DNA from: Takakia lepidozioides
Lineage: Eukaryota; Plantae; Bryophyta
Length of the DNA: 64,000 nt
Reading direction: 5' to 3'
NCBI GenBank assembly: GCA_030704615.1
Contig: CM060731.1
Location: 60,140,001 to 60,204,000 of the forward strand
Shown piece after piece: positions 51,495 through 64,000 of the stretch. Under the pieces are notes generated by a model that searched no databases, had not been told where the DNA came from, and saw nothing but the letters and a program-made list of their open reading frames with translations. The position numbers were made by a program, and so were the translations under genes. Each line of letters starts with the position of its first letter. The stretch's first letter is position 1.

Positions 51495-52722
51495 AAGAGA
51501 GAGAGATTGTACTCATAAGATGTTGTTTGCCGTAGCCTTGTGGCCATTGACCCCGCGCCCAGTTTGAGCGGGAACAAAAGGGACAGAACCTACCTCTGTC
51601 AGGGGCTGACGTTGGTAGTAAGACTTACCTCCATATATAGAATTAATCCGGGTTTTCCAGATATCCTCTAGAAATCCCTTCACACAAGCATCAATCTGCT
51701 GTGTGTGATTTGCCCAAAAACTAGGCCTCAGGAGGGCCTGGGCTTTTGGCTCAGCCTCGAGACTTTCAAAGTTGGTAAACAGGGGTACAGGCACAATACC
51801 CTTAATAGATTTGAAGAGAGCGTCTCTTTGGTGAGAGAACCCCGGACAGTGTATCAGAAAATGATACTGTCTTCAGATTGCCCACACAACGGGCAATTGC
51901 ACTCTCCCTTTCCTCTCTGCTTCTGTTTGCTGTTCAAAGGTAGGCTTCCTGCCCTGAGTTTAAATTTCAGTCTAGTGCCGAGAGTGGGTAGAGCCTTGAG
52001 GTCATCCAAGATGTCCTCCCCCATGTCACAGACTGGAAACAAGTTCAGGGAAGTTTTCTGCCTAACTTCATTTTCATCAGACAATCTCATGGCAACAGAC
52101 ATGGCTGAGGACACTACAGCCTCTAAGTCAGATTTATCCAGCAGGGTCAAGACTTGCGGATCCAGGTCCAGGTCCTTGAGGATCTCTTCTACTCTCTTCT
52201 GCCAGGACTTAGCCTGTTTGACAGGGCGGTCCTGTTTCCAAGATATAGAGTCGATTAACTTAGGATATCTGGTGTTGGGCATATGTTGCAGCTGACCCCA
52301 CCATCTGACCTTGAATTCATCTGGTCGGGAGCTTAAGGACGGAATGCCAAACTCACCCCGAACAGCCACATTGGCTGTTTTGGAGCATGCTGACATACTC
52401 TCCTTAAGCACCCCCACTTGAATGGATTCTAGAGACTTAGCCTGGTTGGAGTTATCAACCCATATAGCAGATCCGTACTCCAAGGCAGATCTAATAACGC
52501 GACAAAGCATGGTTTTCTTAACCTCAGAGTTGACCCCTCTGCAGTTGAAAAATTTAGTGAGCCCCAGAGCTTTGCCCTTGCCAGTTTGAACAACTTTCCG
52601 GATATGTGCATCCCAATTACAATTGGAGGAGAACTCAACGCCCAGGTAAGTGTAGGAAGGGAGGACCGGGATCTCTTGGCTACCCCACTGCCACTTAAGA
52701 TCACTTCCTCCCTCTCCTCTGT
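51495..52722 (-). mobile_element. 5'-truncated LINE, duplicate of 1506-2728
   Basis: ORF 51854-52741; same junctions and TGTATA flanks. Confidence 0.92.
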
Positions 52723-55368
52723 ATAGGGTTGCCCTTGACAAGTTTATGTTACCCTAAACCCTAAATCTTTGTTTTTGTGATTTGAGAAGGGCATTGGATT
52801 GGGAATTCACCTGGGTTTTTATTATTGCAATTCTATCATATTTACTGGGGGGAAGAAAAAAACCAAATGGGGTAACTAGGGTAGAAGCACCATTCATGGC
52901 GCATGTGCCCCACAGCGGCGCTCAAAAGCACACCCATGGTGGTGCAAGAAAGTATGCCCATTTTTGGAACGTGTCAGCCCCAAGATAGGCCCCAAAGAGG
53001 AATGAACTATAATACACCATTTAATCCTCTACTTTACACTTAAATTATCCTAGGTAGATGAAAATTGTTCCAACTACAAAATGCTGGGGCTCATCAAGAG
53101 CTTTCCAATGGTATCTTTAAAATGGTTAAAGTCCAAGGTATCAAAAGAGCAATATATTTTGTGTGCCATGATGGGCTCACTTGTTTTACCCTTAAATTGC
53201 TATAGGTACATGTCCTCTAATGAAAATTGCTCCAACTACAAAAAGATGGGCCACATTAAGCCCTTTCCAATGGTATTTTTGGGTTTTTTTTTTACCATCT
53301 CAGGCAGAAAAGATATTAATGAGATATGAATGAGTGATAGGAACAAGGTACACCACATGCTGACATTGACATCCTCTACTTCTCTCCACTTTTAGTGTCG
53401 GATAAAGCCAGAATCTCATCTAACTTTCAACTAAAGAAAGTTGTCTTATCTTAAGAGCTTTCTGTTAAGGTATTGCATGATCTCATAGGTCAAAAGCACA
53501 AGAAGTTATTACATTTACCCAACTTCGTGCGCCATGAATGGTGCTTCTAGATCAGCCGGATGTGGTACCTAGGGACGTTCGAGATGAGATACCATCATTT
53601 ATGCTTCGATAGGGATAAAAAACAAAGGTGTACTAATATATGTATATAATTCCGTAATATATTTATTTCGATTTTAATTCAATGAAATTATAATTATATA
53701 ACAAATTTAGCACATTCAATTCATTGTAAAAAAGAAAATACATAAAAACTTCATGAAAATTGTACTTTCTTGAATGTGTAATCAAACTGAATTTTTGAAA
53801 AATACACTCTAAGGAAATAATTAAGCTATCCATCCACTGGTGACCCATCAAAGCACACAACGGATCTACCCGATCTATCCTCCAATCCTAGATTTTAGTT
53901 TATCATGGATCCAAGCTGACGTATTGGCCATTGTAGCCATTCATGGGGTGGTTTTAGGGACTCCTCGCCTTTCTCTCTCTCCCACCATGGATTGGATTCT
54001 CAGATCTGAAACGCATGAGGCTGGAAGGATCAATCGACCAATCCACCCCCTTTAACACCTCACATAGTCTTCACTCAACCTCTTTGAGGTTTCTTGCAAA
54101 AAGACAACAGTTCTCCTAGCTTAGGTTAGAGCTCTTGCTTCAATGGGAATGAATACCACCCCTCTCCAGCTGAGACAATTAGTCAATACCAAAATAGATC
54201 AATAATTCACTTCATTTATATCACACTACATGAATATAGTACATATCATACATATGTATTTCAATATGATGCCGCTCCCATTTGTTTCTCAAATCACAAT
54301 GACGAACACAATGAATTTATTTTGTGTTAGTCTTTCTGATTTTGTTGTAGTGTCTTGGATTTTGAAAGTCAATACGATTGTGATATTTCTTTTGGATTCC
54401 CATTTCGTTGTTTAACCCTTCAAGGACGAGGCGACCCGTAATCGGGTCAGGTCGAAATTTCGATTGGATGATAAATGCGCAGATCATGTCGGATGAAACT
54501 GATTCCTGAACGAAAAGTGTAGCCCATAAATATTTACAGCCCCCTGTGTTGATCGCACCCTAAAAAATCTAATCCCCCGCCATCAGGATTTTTTGGAATC
54601 TGGAGGGGTACCCAAAATCATGTGGTTTTGGGCCCACCAGCAGGTTGACTGGCAGACACGTGGCAGGCAGGATTTGGGGGGGGTTGGGCGTTTGCCGACA
54701 GCGGGTGACAGCGGGGGGCTCCATGTCCGCCCGCGCGGACAGCGGCGGACCCCGGCACGCGCGAAACGCCAGGCACGTGGCCCAATCAGGTGGCAGGTGG
54801 TGGGCCGGGAGATTCTCACCCGTGTAGGGTTTAGGTGCGTGGCCCAATCAGGTGGCAGGTGGTGGGGCGGGAGATTCTCACCCGTGTAGGGTTTAGGTGC
54901 GTGGCCCAATCAGGTGGCAGGTGGCGGGGGCGGGAGCTTCTCTCTCGCTCTCTGCGTTTTGCATATGGCGTGTCCTGAGTGCTACGATTGTCTCCTCGTA
55001 ATCGAGCTTTTGCTTCGTTCTTTCTTGGTTTTTGCTTCGCTTTGGCTTTGCTGCGTCGATCTTCTTTTGCCTATGATTGCTTGGTTTCATTTTTTTGGGA
55101 GCTCATGTGCCGCTGTTGAGGAGCAGGGGGTGGCTGCGCGTCTATTCTGTTTGCTTGGATCGTCCTCGACTTTGCCTTTACAGCGGTTCCTTCTCTTTAC
55201 ACCTGCTCATTACCTTCTGTTGGGGCGCATGCGTAGCGACGGCGCTTCACAAGTATTGCGCAGCCATCTAACCACTTATGCATTTGCATTTGCTTGATAT
55301 TGTCTGCCCGCTTTGCTTGATTCTATCTGTGCATTGAATGTTTGTGGTTTGTGGGTGGCAGGGATTCT

Positions 55369-57653
55369 ATGGCGCCTAAACGCAAGGGATCTGAGCTGCT
55401 TGAGCCCCCACCTCCCCCACCCGAGCATGCAGCTGCGGCAGAGGTTATAAGGGTGTGGGCGCAGGAAGAGCAGCATTGCACTGCAGAGCAATGCAAGGTA
55501 ATTCTAGGTTGTATTTGTCCTGAGTTTTTGACCTCTTTGCCTCCACCGCCTGCTGCCAAACGCTGGCCGCGCCATCCTCGTCCTCATAACTTTCGATTTC
55601 TTTGGCGAAGGCAAGTGGCTTCTATTCTTGGTTGGAGATAGAGAAGAAAGGAAGGAGAGAAAGAGGGGTTCAGTGAGGCTGTCAATTCCGTTTTGAGAGA
55701 GGATGTCTGGCCTGATGCCGACAGTCAGGGATTTCAAGCAGCGAGCTCGTGCCAAACGGCAGATTCCGGCAAGTGTGAGAATGGCTCCCAGGGGTGTGGT
55801 GAGGAGAAGGAATGAGGCACACCCGAGTGCTTGTGGGGGTGAGTCCAGTCACAATTTTGTTCCTACGTTGACTGTGCAAAGTCCTAAGTGTGCTTTGGGA
55901 ATGTTGCATCCGAACACCATGCATGTCGTTGGAGTCGTTGGAGTCTCCGGTTCCTGTTCTGCTCCTGGCGGTGAACACCATGGCCCCCAATCTGAACTTG
56001 ATGAATTTTTTTTTGATGATGATACTTACGTTGGGGATTCTGCCGACAAGGCAGACTAGGACACTGACCTTTTGGAAAAGGAAGATGACGGTGACGAGGC
56101 ACCAAACCTCGCTTTTGAGCAGCTGTTCTAGCCTAGCTCGTGGGAAAAGTGTGTTGAAAGTGAATTTGTTAGTGATAGGGAGGCATTCACTGGGCCTCAG
56201 CCAGGTCCCTGCCTCCCGGAGATGAAGGGTTCTACTCCAATTTGGTTCTTCTTTTTGTTTTGGAGACAAAGTGTGTTGGAGAAGGTATGCAGGGAGTCGA
56301 ATGCATATGCATTAGAGCCTTTGGGTGAGAGCACACGTGGTGGGCCTAGGTGGAAGCTTTTGACAGTGAGTGAGCTCTGAGCTTGGATTGGCATCTGCAT
56401 TTTTATGGGGATAAAGAAGCTACCTAAAACCAGATGTTACCGGCAACACTCCGAGTCTTTTTTCTCATGCCCTATCATCCGCCAGGTCATGACCCGTGAC
56501 ATGTATGAAGCGATACTTCGTTGTTTGCATTTGGTGGACAATGCCATTTTGCACGATCGTGGGAGCCCTCGATTTGATAAGCTCGGCAAGATTAGGTGGG
56601 CTTGTGATGAGGTAGTTGATAGGTGCAAGAGCCTGTGGAATCTCAATAAGATGTTGACTGTTGAGGAGGTGATGATCCGTTACAAAGGGAAATACTGTGC
56701 GATTAGGATGTATATGCCTAAGAAGCCATGCAAGTGGGGCATCAAGGTGTGGGCGTTGGCTGACTCGGAGACCAGCTATGTGTATGATTTTCAGGTATAC
56801 TGTGGAAAAAATGCAGGGGGCCTTGATGGTGAGAGGCTGAAAAGTGGGAAGGTTGAAGGCTATGATGTGGTGTGTGGGCTTGCCAATGGACTCCATGGTT
56901 TGGGGCATGTAATTGTCACTGACAATTACTTCACTTCTGTTCAGCTTTTGTACGACTTGGCCAAGCTTGGTACCTGGGCCACTGGCACAATTCGTGTGAA
57001 CAGAAAAGGCCTCCCTCCCTCCTTGCTATCCAAGAAAAAATCCAAAGACTGCCAAGCAACTGGTACAAGATGCATGTTTCCAGGGAACTTGCGGTCGTGT
57101 TGTGGTGGGACAAAAATGGGGTATTCATGTTGTCATCTGCAGCTAGACCAGCATGTAGGCCTTCTTCTCCTGTTACTGTGAGACGCTTTGTGGGACAGCA
57201 GAGACTCTTGGTGCCATTTGTGCCTGCCCATGTGCAATATCAAACCTATATGCGAGGGGTAGATGTCAAGACCAGCTCCGGGGAGCATATACTTTGCAGC
57301 TGCGCACTAAAAAATGGTGGCATCGTCTCTTTTTCTTCCTGATGGACACAGCCTTGGTGAATGCATACATCTTGTATTCAGCCCATGCCACAAAGATGGG
57401 TCGGAGGCCCATGACGCATTTGGAGTTCAATCTTGTTGTGCCATACACCTTGACAGCAGGTCAGTGCACTGACAACATGGACAGGAGGGGGGATGGCTCT
57501 TGCACCTTTGTGCATCAATGTCTTCACACACCACAACGGCGGTTGTGTGTTGTATGCCATGTCCGCACTCACCATTACTGCCATGGATGTGACGGCAGCC
57601 ATATGTGCCTTGGTTCTTGCTGGAATCATGCACACCGCCACCCAATGAGGTGA
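55369..57653 (+). pseudogene. piggyBac transposase copy 2, disrupted
   Basis: Same motifs as copy 1; extra CGA>TGA stop at 56378-56380 and frameshifts near 57045 and 57265. Confidence 0.9.
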
Positions 57654-58659
57654 CTGCAGATTATGTGGATTCTCTTTGGGCTTGTTGTGTTGGTGGTCTG
57701 TTTGTGCATTGTGTTCAATGGGCTGTTGGTGGACTGGCAGGTGTGCTCTTGGCGGCTGTGGAATGCGTGTGTGGGTGTGTTGGGTGTGTGGCAGGGTGTT
57801 GGCGATTGAGGGTGGCATGGGATGTGTTTGGGGCTACTGGCACTAGAAGCATTCGTGTCATTTACCACTGGGGTAACGACTCATTTTGAGTGGTAAAAGT
57901 CAAAAAACCGGGATCGGAAGTTACAAAAGACTAGTTACAACAGACGTGGAAGTTGGGTCGGACATCCAATGATTGGAGTGGTAAAGGATGCAGCCGTGCG
58001 AACAACTGCTCAGCGATTATTGCGATTAATGTTGAAGAACCACGTGGCGTAACCAGGCGGGCCGCCCGTGTGTTTGACCTTTTGGGCTGACTTTGACTTT
58101 TCCCTCCGAATGAGTGGACGCGGACGCCAACGTGGCGGCGCCACGGCGAGCAGCACTGCTGCCATGTGGCCATGGGCCCGGGGCGCCACGTGGTAGTTGA
58201 CCACATAACTTGCAGTGCTACATGCTTCAGTGGCAACTGCGACTGCGGAAGTCGGCGCAACCATTGATTTACTACTTTAAATGAAGTGCTCAAAATTACG
58301 TGAACAATCACTCATAGTGGTTGATGCTTTGAAGTTTTGGTGTTTGTAATGAGCCGACTAGTACATACGCATGTAATGCCATACAAGAGAACTAATCATG
58401 TCATTGGAAATGCGAAAACAATGAAAGATATGCCATGAAATAAAACAAAATAAAAATAAAATGAAATGAAACAAATGGTACTTTATTACATCTACGGAAA
58501 GCTCAAAGAGCTTACGATACAAAATGAAAAAACCAAAGTAAAAAAGCAGCCCAAAGCTACTACTGCTTTGGGGATTGCCTAAGGGTCAAGGCCTTATGCA
58601 GGTAAGCTGCCAAGCAATTGTGATCCTCATAATGTAAGGCTTAGTGACAGATTGAGTCC

Positions 58660-61600
58660 CACGGAATAGACCATCTACCCATGCAGGTTTCTTGTAGCTA
58701 TTGATCTACAGGGAATCATAGGTAATCTTGTGCTTGAAATCTGGCCCTCTCCAATGAATCTGGACCCTCACTCTCTTTGCTCCTTCAGCTACACATGCCT
58801 CTGCACGAATCATGCATTCATCTTTGCCTCGCTACTAGTAGCTGACAATGATAGCCTAGATTTATTCTAGGAAACATCCAACTCAGCTTCTCACACTAGT
58901 TCTTATGCTGAATGCGTCTACTTGTCGCGGCCCTTTGCCTTGAGGGCAGGGGGTTGGGACACATGAGGGGCTGCCCCTGTGGTGGGGGCAGCGGCAACGA
59001 TAGGTATGGGGGGCTGAAGCACCCTTGAGTGCCCAAGGCACTCAAGGAGGCAGAGGCGCTCACTAGGTGGAGCCCCGCACACCGGGTTGCGGTGGGGGTG
59101 GCTCCACAAGGGGTGGTGGTAGCTTAGCGGGACTTAGTGGGGGTGGCATAGGACTCACCATGGGGGCGGAGACCTCGTGGTGGGAGTCGTGGGGAGTCTT
59201 GGGACTCATCACGGTCCATAGGGGCCGTGGTGAGTGGGCCAAGACTCACCGCGACTCATCACCGGGAGTCAAGGGTTTTCGTGGTGGTTCGCCATAAAAT
59301 GGCATGGCTGGTTGTGAAACCCCCGCGGACAGCTACAGAAGTATATATAAGGGGAGTAGCGACCCCGAGAACGGTGCAAGCCCGTTGGTGACCAAAAACT
59401 AGTGAGTAAGCGAGCAAGCCGGAAAGCGACCAAAGAGTGGGGAGCTGTTCCGGACTGCCACCTACCAAAGGGAATTCCACTAGGCCCAAATAGGTGGAGG
59501 GTTTAGTGGGAGAGCGAAGGGGGACCATTATGTCCCGGTGAGCAGCCGAAGCTCCAAGTTGGCCCGGCGGCCAGGTTGGGAGTCAGGCGCGCGCATCAAA
59601 GCGAGTAACTATGACTTGAAGGGGAGCTTACCGAGGTGAGGTGCGCGACACTACTAGTCTATGAAATGTAACAGACATTCACATTTTTGCCTTGGTTGTC
59701 CCATCATTGACTGGGGCAGAATAGTATTCATTCCACAACTCCTCTTCATCTCTATTACTTGTTTTTTGATACTTTCATGTTGTCACATTGGCAGTATCAT
59801 GTCAAAGTCACTCCAAACTAGATTCACTCAACCAGCTAACTTGTAGAATTCAACATGGAAATTTAGGGCCGATTCTGATTAGAGGGAAAAACAAGGTGAA
59901 ATGTGTTGAATAAGATGCATTCATTAGCAGTGTCTGATTTTATAAATTGTGCTGCTGCTGCCAGTTGACCATCTACCCATGCAGGTTTGTTGTAGCTATA
60001 GAGTCAATCTGGAGCTTGAAGCCCGGTGAATCTGCACCCACACTCTACCCCTGCTCCTTCAACTATCTATGCCTCAGCACAAATCATGCGTATATCATTG
60101 TCTTGCTACTAACAGCTGATGATGACAGCCTAGATTTGTTCTTACACCCCAACCCTATTTGGAAAAACAGGCTGAAATGTGTTGAGGAAGGTGTCTTCAT
60201 TAGTAGCACCTCATTCTATCAATTGTGTTGCCGCTACCGTTTCCACTTGCAACAATTGACCATCTACTCCAGCTGATTTCTTTTAGCTATTGATCCCTCA
60301 GCCTGAACCTGAACATGAATCTGGACCTCTATCCCTGGTCCCTCAGCTATCTCTGCCCGTGTACAGATCATGAATACATCGCTCGGTCTTGCTGCTAGCA
60401 GCTGACAGTGACGGCGTGAAGAAAACACCCCAACCTAGGACTTAACAGTAGTTCCAATTCTGAATTGCAACAACTTCTCTCTGTAGTCGAACAAGCACTC
60501 ACCTTTTTGTCTCCATTGTCCCCCCACTGACTGCTTCGGAAAGTGTTCATCCCAAAGCTTCTCTTCATCTTGTTATCTGTTTTTGGGTACTTTCCTGCTG
60601 CCACATCAGCAATAACTGGTCAAAGTCACTCCAAACCACCCCACATCCACCCAACGAGCTAACTTAAAGCAATATGCAAATTCAGGGCTGGGTCTGATGA
60701 GAAGGCAAAATAGGCTGAAATAGGTCGAAGAAGAAGGTGCCCTCACCACATTGTCCTCGACCTTGTGTCATGACCCATGGAGGATTTGACTGACCATGCA
60801 CCCAAGAGGACCTCTTGTGTGTGCGAGGTGTGTGCTGCTTCCACAGGGAATTGTAGGCGATCTGGAGCTTGAAATCCGGCCCTCTTGGATGAATCTGGAC
60901 CCACACTGCTCCCTGCTCCTTCAGCTATCCATGCCTCTGCACAAATCATGCATACATCCTTGCCTTGATGCTAGCAGCTGACAATAACACTCTAGAATTG
61001 TTCCAGCAAACACCCCAACCATACTTATCACACTAGTTCTTATGCTGATTTGCGTCTGCTTCCAACAGGCATTCACCTTTTTGCCTGGATTGTTCCACCA
61101 TTGACTGGGGTCCGAACCGTATTCATTCCAGAGCTTCTCCACATCTCTATTATCTGTTTTTTGATACCAATCTATCGACCACATTGGCAGTAATATGTCA
61201 AAATCACTCCAACACCACCATAGATCCACCAACGAGCTAACTTGTAGAATTCAACATGAAAATTTAGGGACGACTCTGATAGCAGGCGAAAACAGGTGAA
61301 ATATGTTGAAGAATGTACCTTCATTAGCAGTGGGCCTTGTTCTATCAATTGTGCTGCTGCCATTGTTGTTTCCAGTTGACCATCTACCATTGTGCTATTG
61401 AAGAAGGTGCCCCCCCTTCCCCCATCATTTGACCATAGGTCTCCAAAGCCTCCATACCATGTCCCTGCTGTGCATACCCTGCAAGCATCGCGTTCGATGA
61501 CACCACATTTGGTTTAGCCATAGTGTTGAAAACTCCATTTGCATCCTGAATGCACCCACATTTGGCATAGACGTCCACCAGAGGAGTGTTCAGGATGACA

Positions 61601-64000
61601 TCTGGTACAATTCCAGCTTTGACGATGTCACCATGGACCTCTTTCCCCTTTTCCAGAGGTCCCAGGCTTGCACACGCATTACAAACATGCGGAAGCGTGA
61701 TGTAGTTGGGCTTCACCCCTTTGCGCAACATTTGCTCATAGGTCGCCAAAGCATTCCTACCACACCCATGTTTGGTAAATCCTGCCAACATTATATTCCA
61801 CATGATCAAAGATCGCTGAGGCATTCTGTAGAAATCTTGGCGAGCATCCATGATGCTCCCGCACTTAACATACATGTTGACAAGGGTGTTGAGTAGAAAA
61901 AACATTTGGCATGAATCCACTTTGGATAATGTGAGTGTGCACCTGATTCCAGCTTCTAGACCTAGAACCTTCGTCAGTCTGCCTGCCTCACAAAGCATCT
62001 TCACATGCCCCGTAGAAAAGGCATTGTGGACTCCCTCTCTTGATTCTCTTTCAAAAGTTGCAGTCATGGTTGAGGACGTGCCTGATTTTATCAACTGTGC
62101 CGCTGCAGCTATTGCCTTTAGTTGACCATCTACCCATTTAGGTTTCTTGTAGCTATTGATCCACATGAATCACAGGTAATCTGGAGCTTGAAGTCCGGCC
62201 CTCTTGGATGAATCTGGACCCACACTCTATCCCTTCTCCTTCAGCTATCCATGCCTCTGCACAAATCATGCATTCATCTTTGCCCTTGCTGCTAGCAGCT
62301 GACAATGACAACCTAGGAAACACCCAATCACACTAGTTCCTATGCTGAATTGCGTCTGCTACTCTCTATCATCTAATAGGCATTCAACTTTTTGCCTCGG
62401 TTGTTCCACCATTCACTGGGGTCAACAAAGTATTCATTCCACACCTTCTCCTCATCTCTGTTATCTGTTTTGGATACTTTCCTGCTGCCACATCGGCAGT
62501 TACTTGTCATAGTCATTCCAAACCACCACAGATCCACCCAACGAGCTAACTTACAGAATTCAATATGCATTTCATGGCCAAGTCTGATGAGAGGGCAAAA
62601 CAGGCTGAAATAGGTCGAAGAAGGAGGTGCCCTCACCACATTCTCCAAGGCCTCCATACCACGCCCCTGTTGTGCACACCCTGCAAGCATCGTGTTCCAC
62701 GTGATGAAAGATCGTTGAGGCATTCTGTTGAACACTTGGTGAGCATCCATGATGCTCCCGCACATAACATACATGTTGACAAGGGTGTTGAGTAGAAAAA
62801 TATTTAGCGTGCACTTTGGATAATGTGAGTGTGCACTTGCTTTCTAGCTTCACTTGGCCTTTCATCTTGATGCACTTATGCAAGAGACAGACATACGTAT
62901 CTGAATCTGCTGAAATGCCTCCTTGGTTTAAAGTCAGTAGAGCATCTTTCAGTCTGCCTGCCTCACAAAGCATCTTCACATGCACATAAGTGCCAGAAGA
63001 GGCATTGTGGACTCCCTCTCTTGATCCTCTTCCAGAAGTTGTGGTCATGGTTGAGGTGCCTGACTTTATCAACTGTGCCGCTGCAGCTATTGCCTTTGGC
63101 GATGCAACCATGCACCTCTTTGCATCTGGTAATCTGACAGGCATTCACCTTGGGTACAATTCCAGCTTTGAAGATGTCGCCATGTGGACCTCTTTCCCCT
63201 TTTCCAAAGCTGCTAGGGCAGTGTTCAGATTGACATTTGGTACAATTCCAACTTTGATGATATCCCCATGCACCTCTTTGCCCTTCTCCAGGCCCGCTGC
63301 TAGGCTTGCACAAGCATTGCAAATGCACACAAACATGATATGTTTCCATTGCTCATAGGTCTCCAAAGCCTCCATTCCACATCCCTGTTGTGCATACCCT
63401 GCAAGCACATCATATCGCACTCCACGATGCCACATGTCGTTCAGCCATAGTGTCGAACACTCTCTTTGCATCCTAGATGCACCCACACTTTGCAAACATG
63501 TTCACCAGGGTATTGTTCATAATGTCATCTGGTACAATTCCAGCTCTGAAGATGTCGCCATGCACATCTTTCCCCATTTCCAAAGCTGCCAGGGCAGTGT
63601 TTAGATTGACATTTGGCACGGTTCCAGCTTTGATGATATCCCCATGTACCTCTTGCCCTTCTCCAGGACTGCCAGGCTTGCACGCACATTGCAAATGCAC
63701 ACAAACATGATGTGCTTCCCCCATCATTTGCTCATAGCTCTCCAAAGCCTCCATCCCACGTCCCTGCCGTGCATACCATGCAAGCATCGCACTCCACGAC
63801 ACCACATCTCGGTCAGCCATAGTGTCGAACACTCCCTTTGCATCCTAGATGCACCCACATTTTGCAAACATGTTCACCACGGTATTGTTCATAATGTCAT
63901 CTGGTACAATTCTAGCTCTGAAGATGTCGCCATGCACATCTTTCCCCATTTCCAAAGCTGCCAGGGCAGTGTTTAGATTGACATTTGGCACGGTTCCAGC
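58660..64000 (-). pseudogene. PDF-motif/PLS-PPR decayed array, copy 2
   Basis: As copy 1; retains EKLWNEYGSDPSQWWNNPGKK (~61075-61140), which is deleted in copy 1. Confidence 0.82.
58923..59650. mobile_element. Solo LTR copy 2
   Basis: TGTCGCG...CGCGACA with CTACT TSD. Confidence 0.88.

Larger units (their letters stand above)
49989..64000 (+). repeat. Large direct duplication, copy 2 (partner 1-~14000)
   Basis: Colinear near-identity to the window start. Confidence 0.97.
54416..64000 (+). mobile_element. piggyBac element copy 2 (right end beyond the window)
   Basis: TTAA 54412-54415 plus the same TIR; same internal order and same left flank as copy 1. Confidence 0.88.

Overview
Eukaryotic nuclear DNA from a land plant, most likely a non-seed plant (inferred from a microbial-type terpene synthase, PLS-class PPR tracts and short GT-AG introns; the species cannot be determined). 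Positions 1-~14,000 recur at 49,989-64,000, so the window spans a ~50-kb direct duplication or an uncollapsed haplotype. Contents in order: TYW1 (3' part) with a truncated LINE just behind its stop; a 13.1-kb piggyBac element (TTAA + 15-bp TIRs, 4421-17508) enclosing a decayed transposase, a solo LTR and a scrambled array of OSB-type PDF motifs joined to PLS PPR repeats; a tRNA-derived SINE; a second PPR cluster on the opposite strand; a PXA/Nexin_C gene disrupted by a LINE and lacking its PX exons; a ~104-bp tandem repeat; an MTPSL terpene synthase; a ZNFX1-like SF1 helicase/NF-X1 zinc finger/double-PARP gene broken by a 2.55-kb inversion; a CACTA remnant; an intact TYW1; then the repeat of the first block. 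The strongest leads are the cargo-bearing piggyBac, the PDF-PPR fusion and the helicase-ZnF-PARP-PARP gene. Many frameshifts are single-base changes in short runs and may be long-read consensus errors. All calls come from reading motifs by eye, without database searches.
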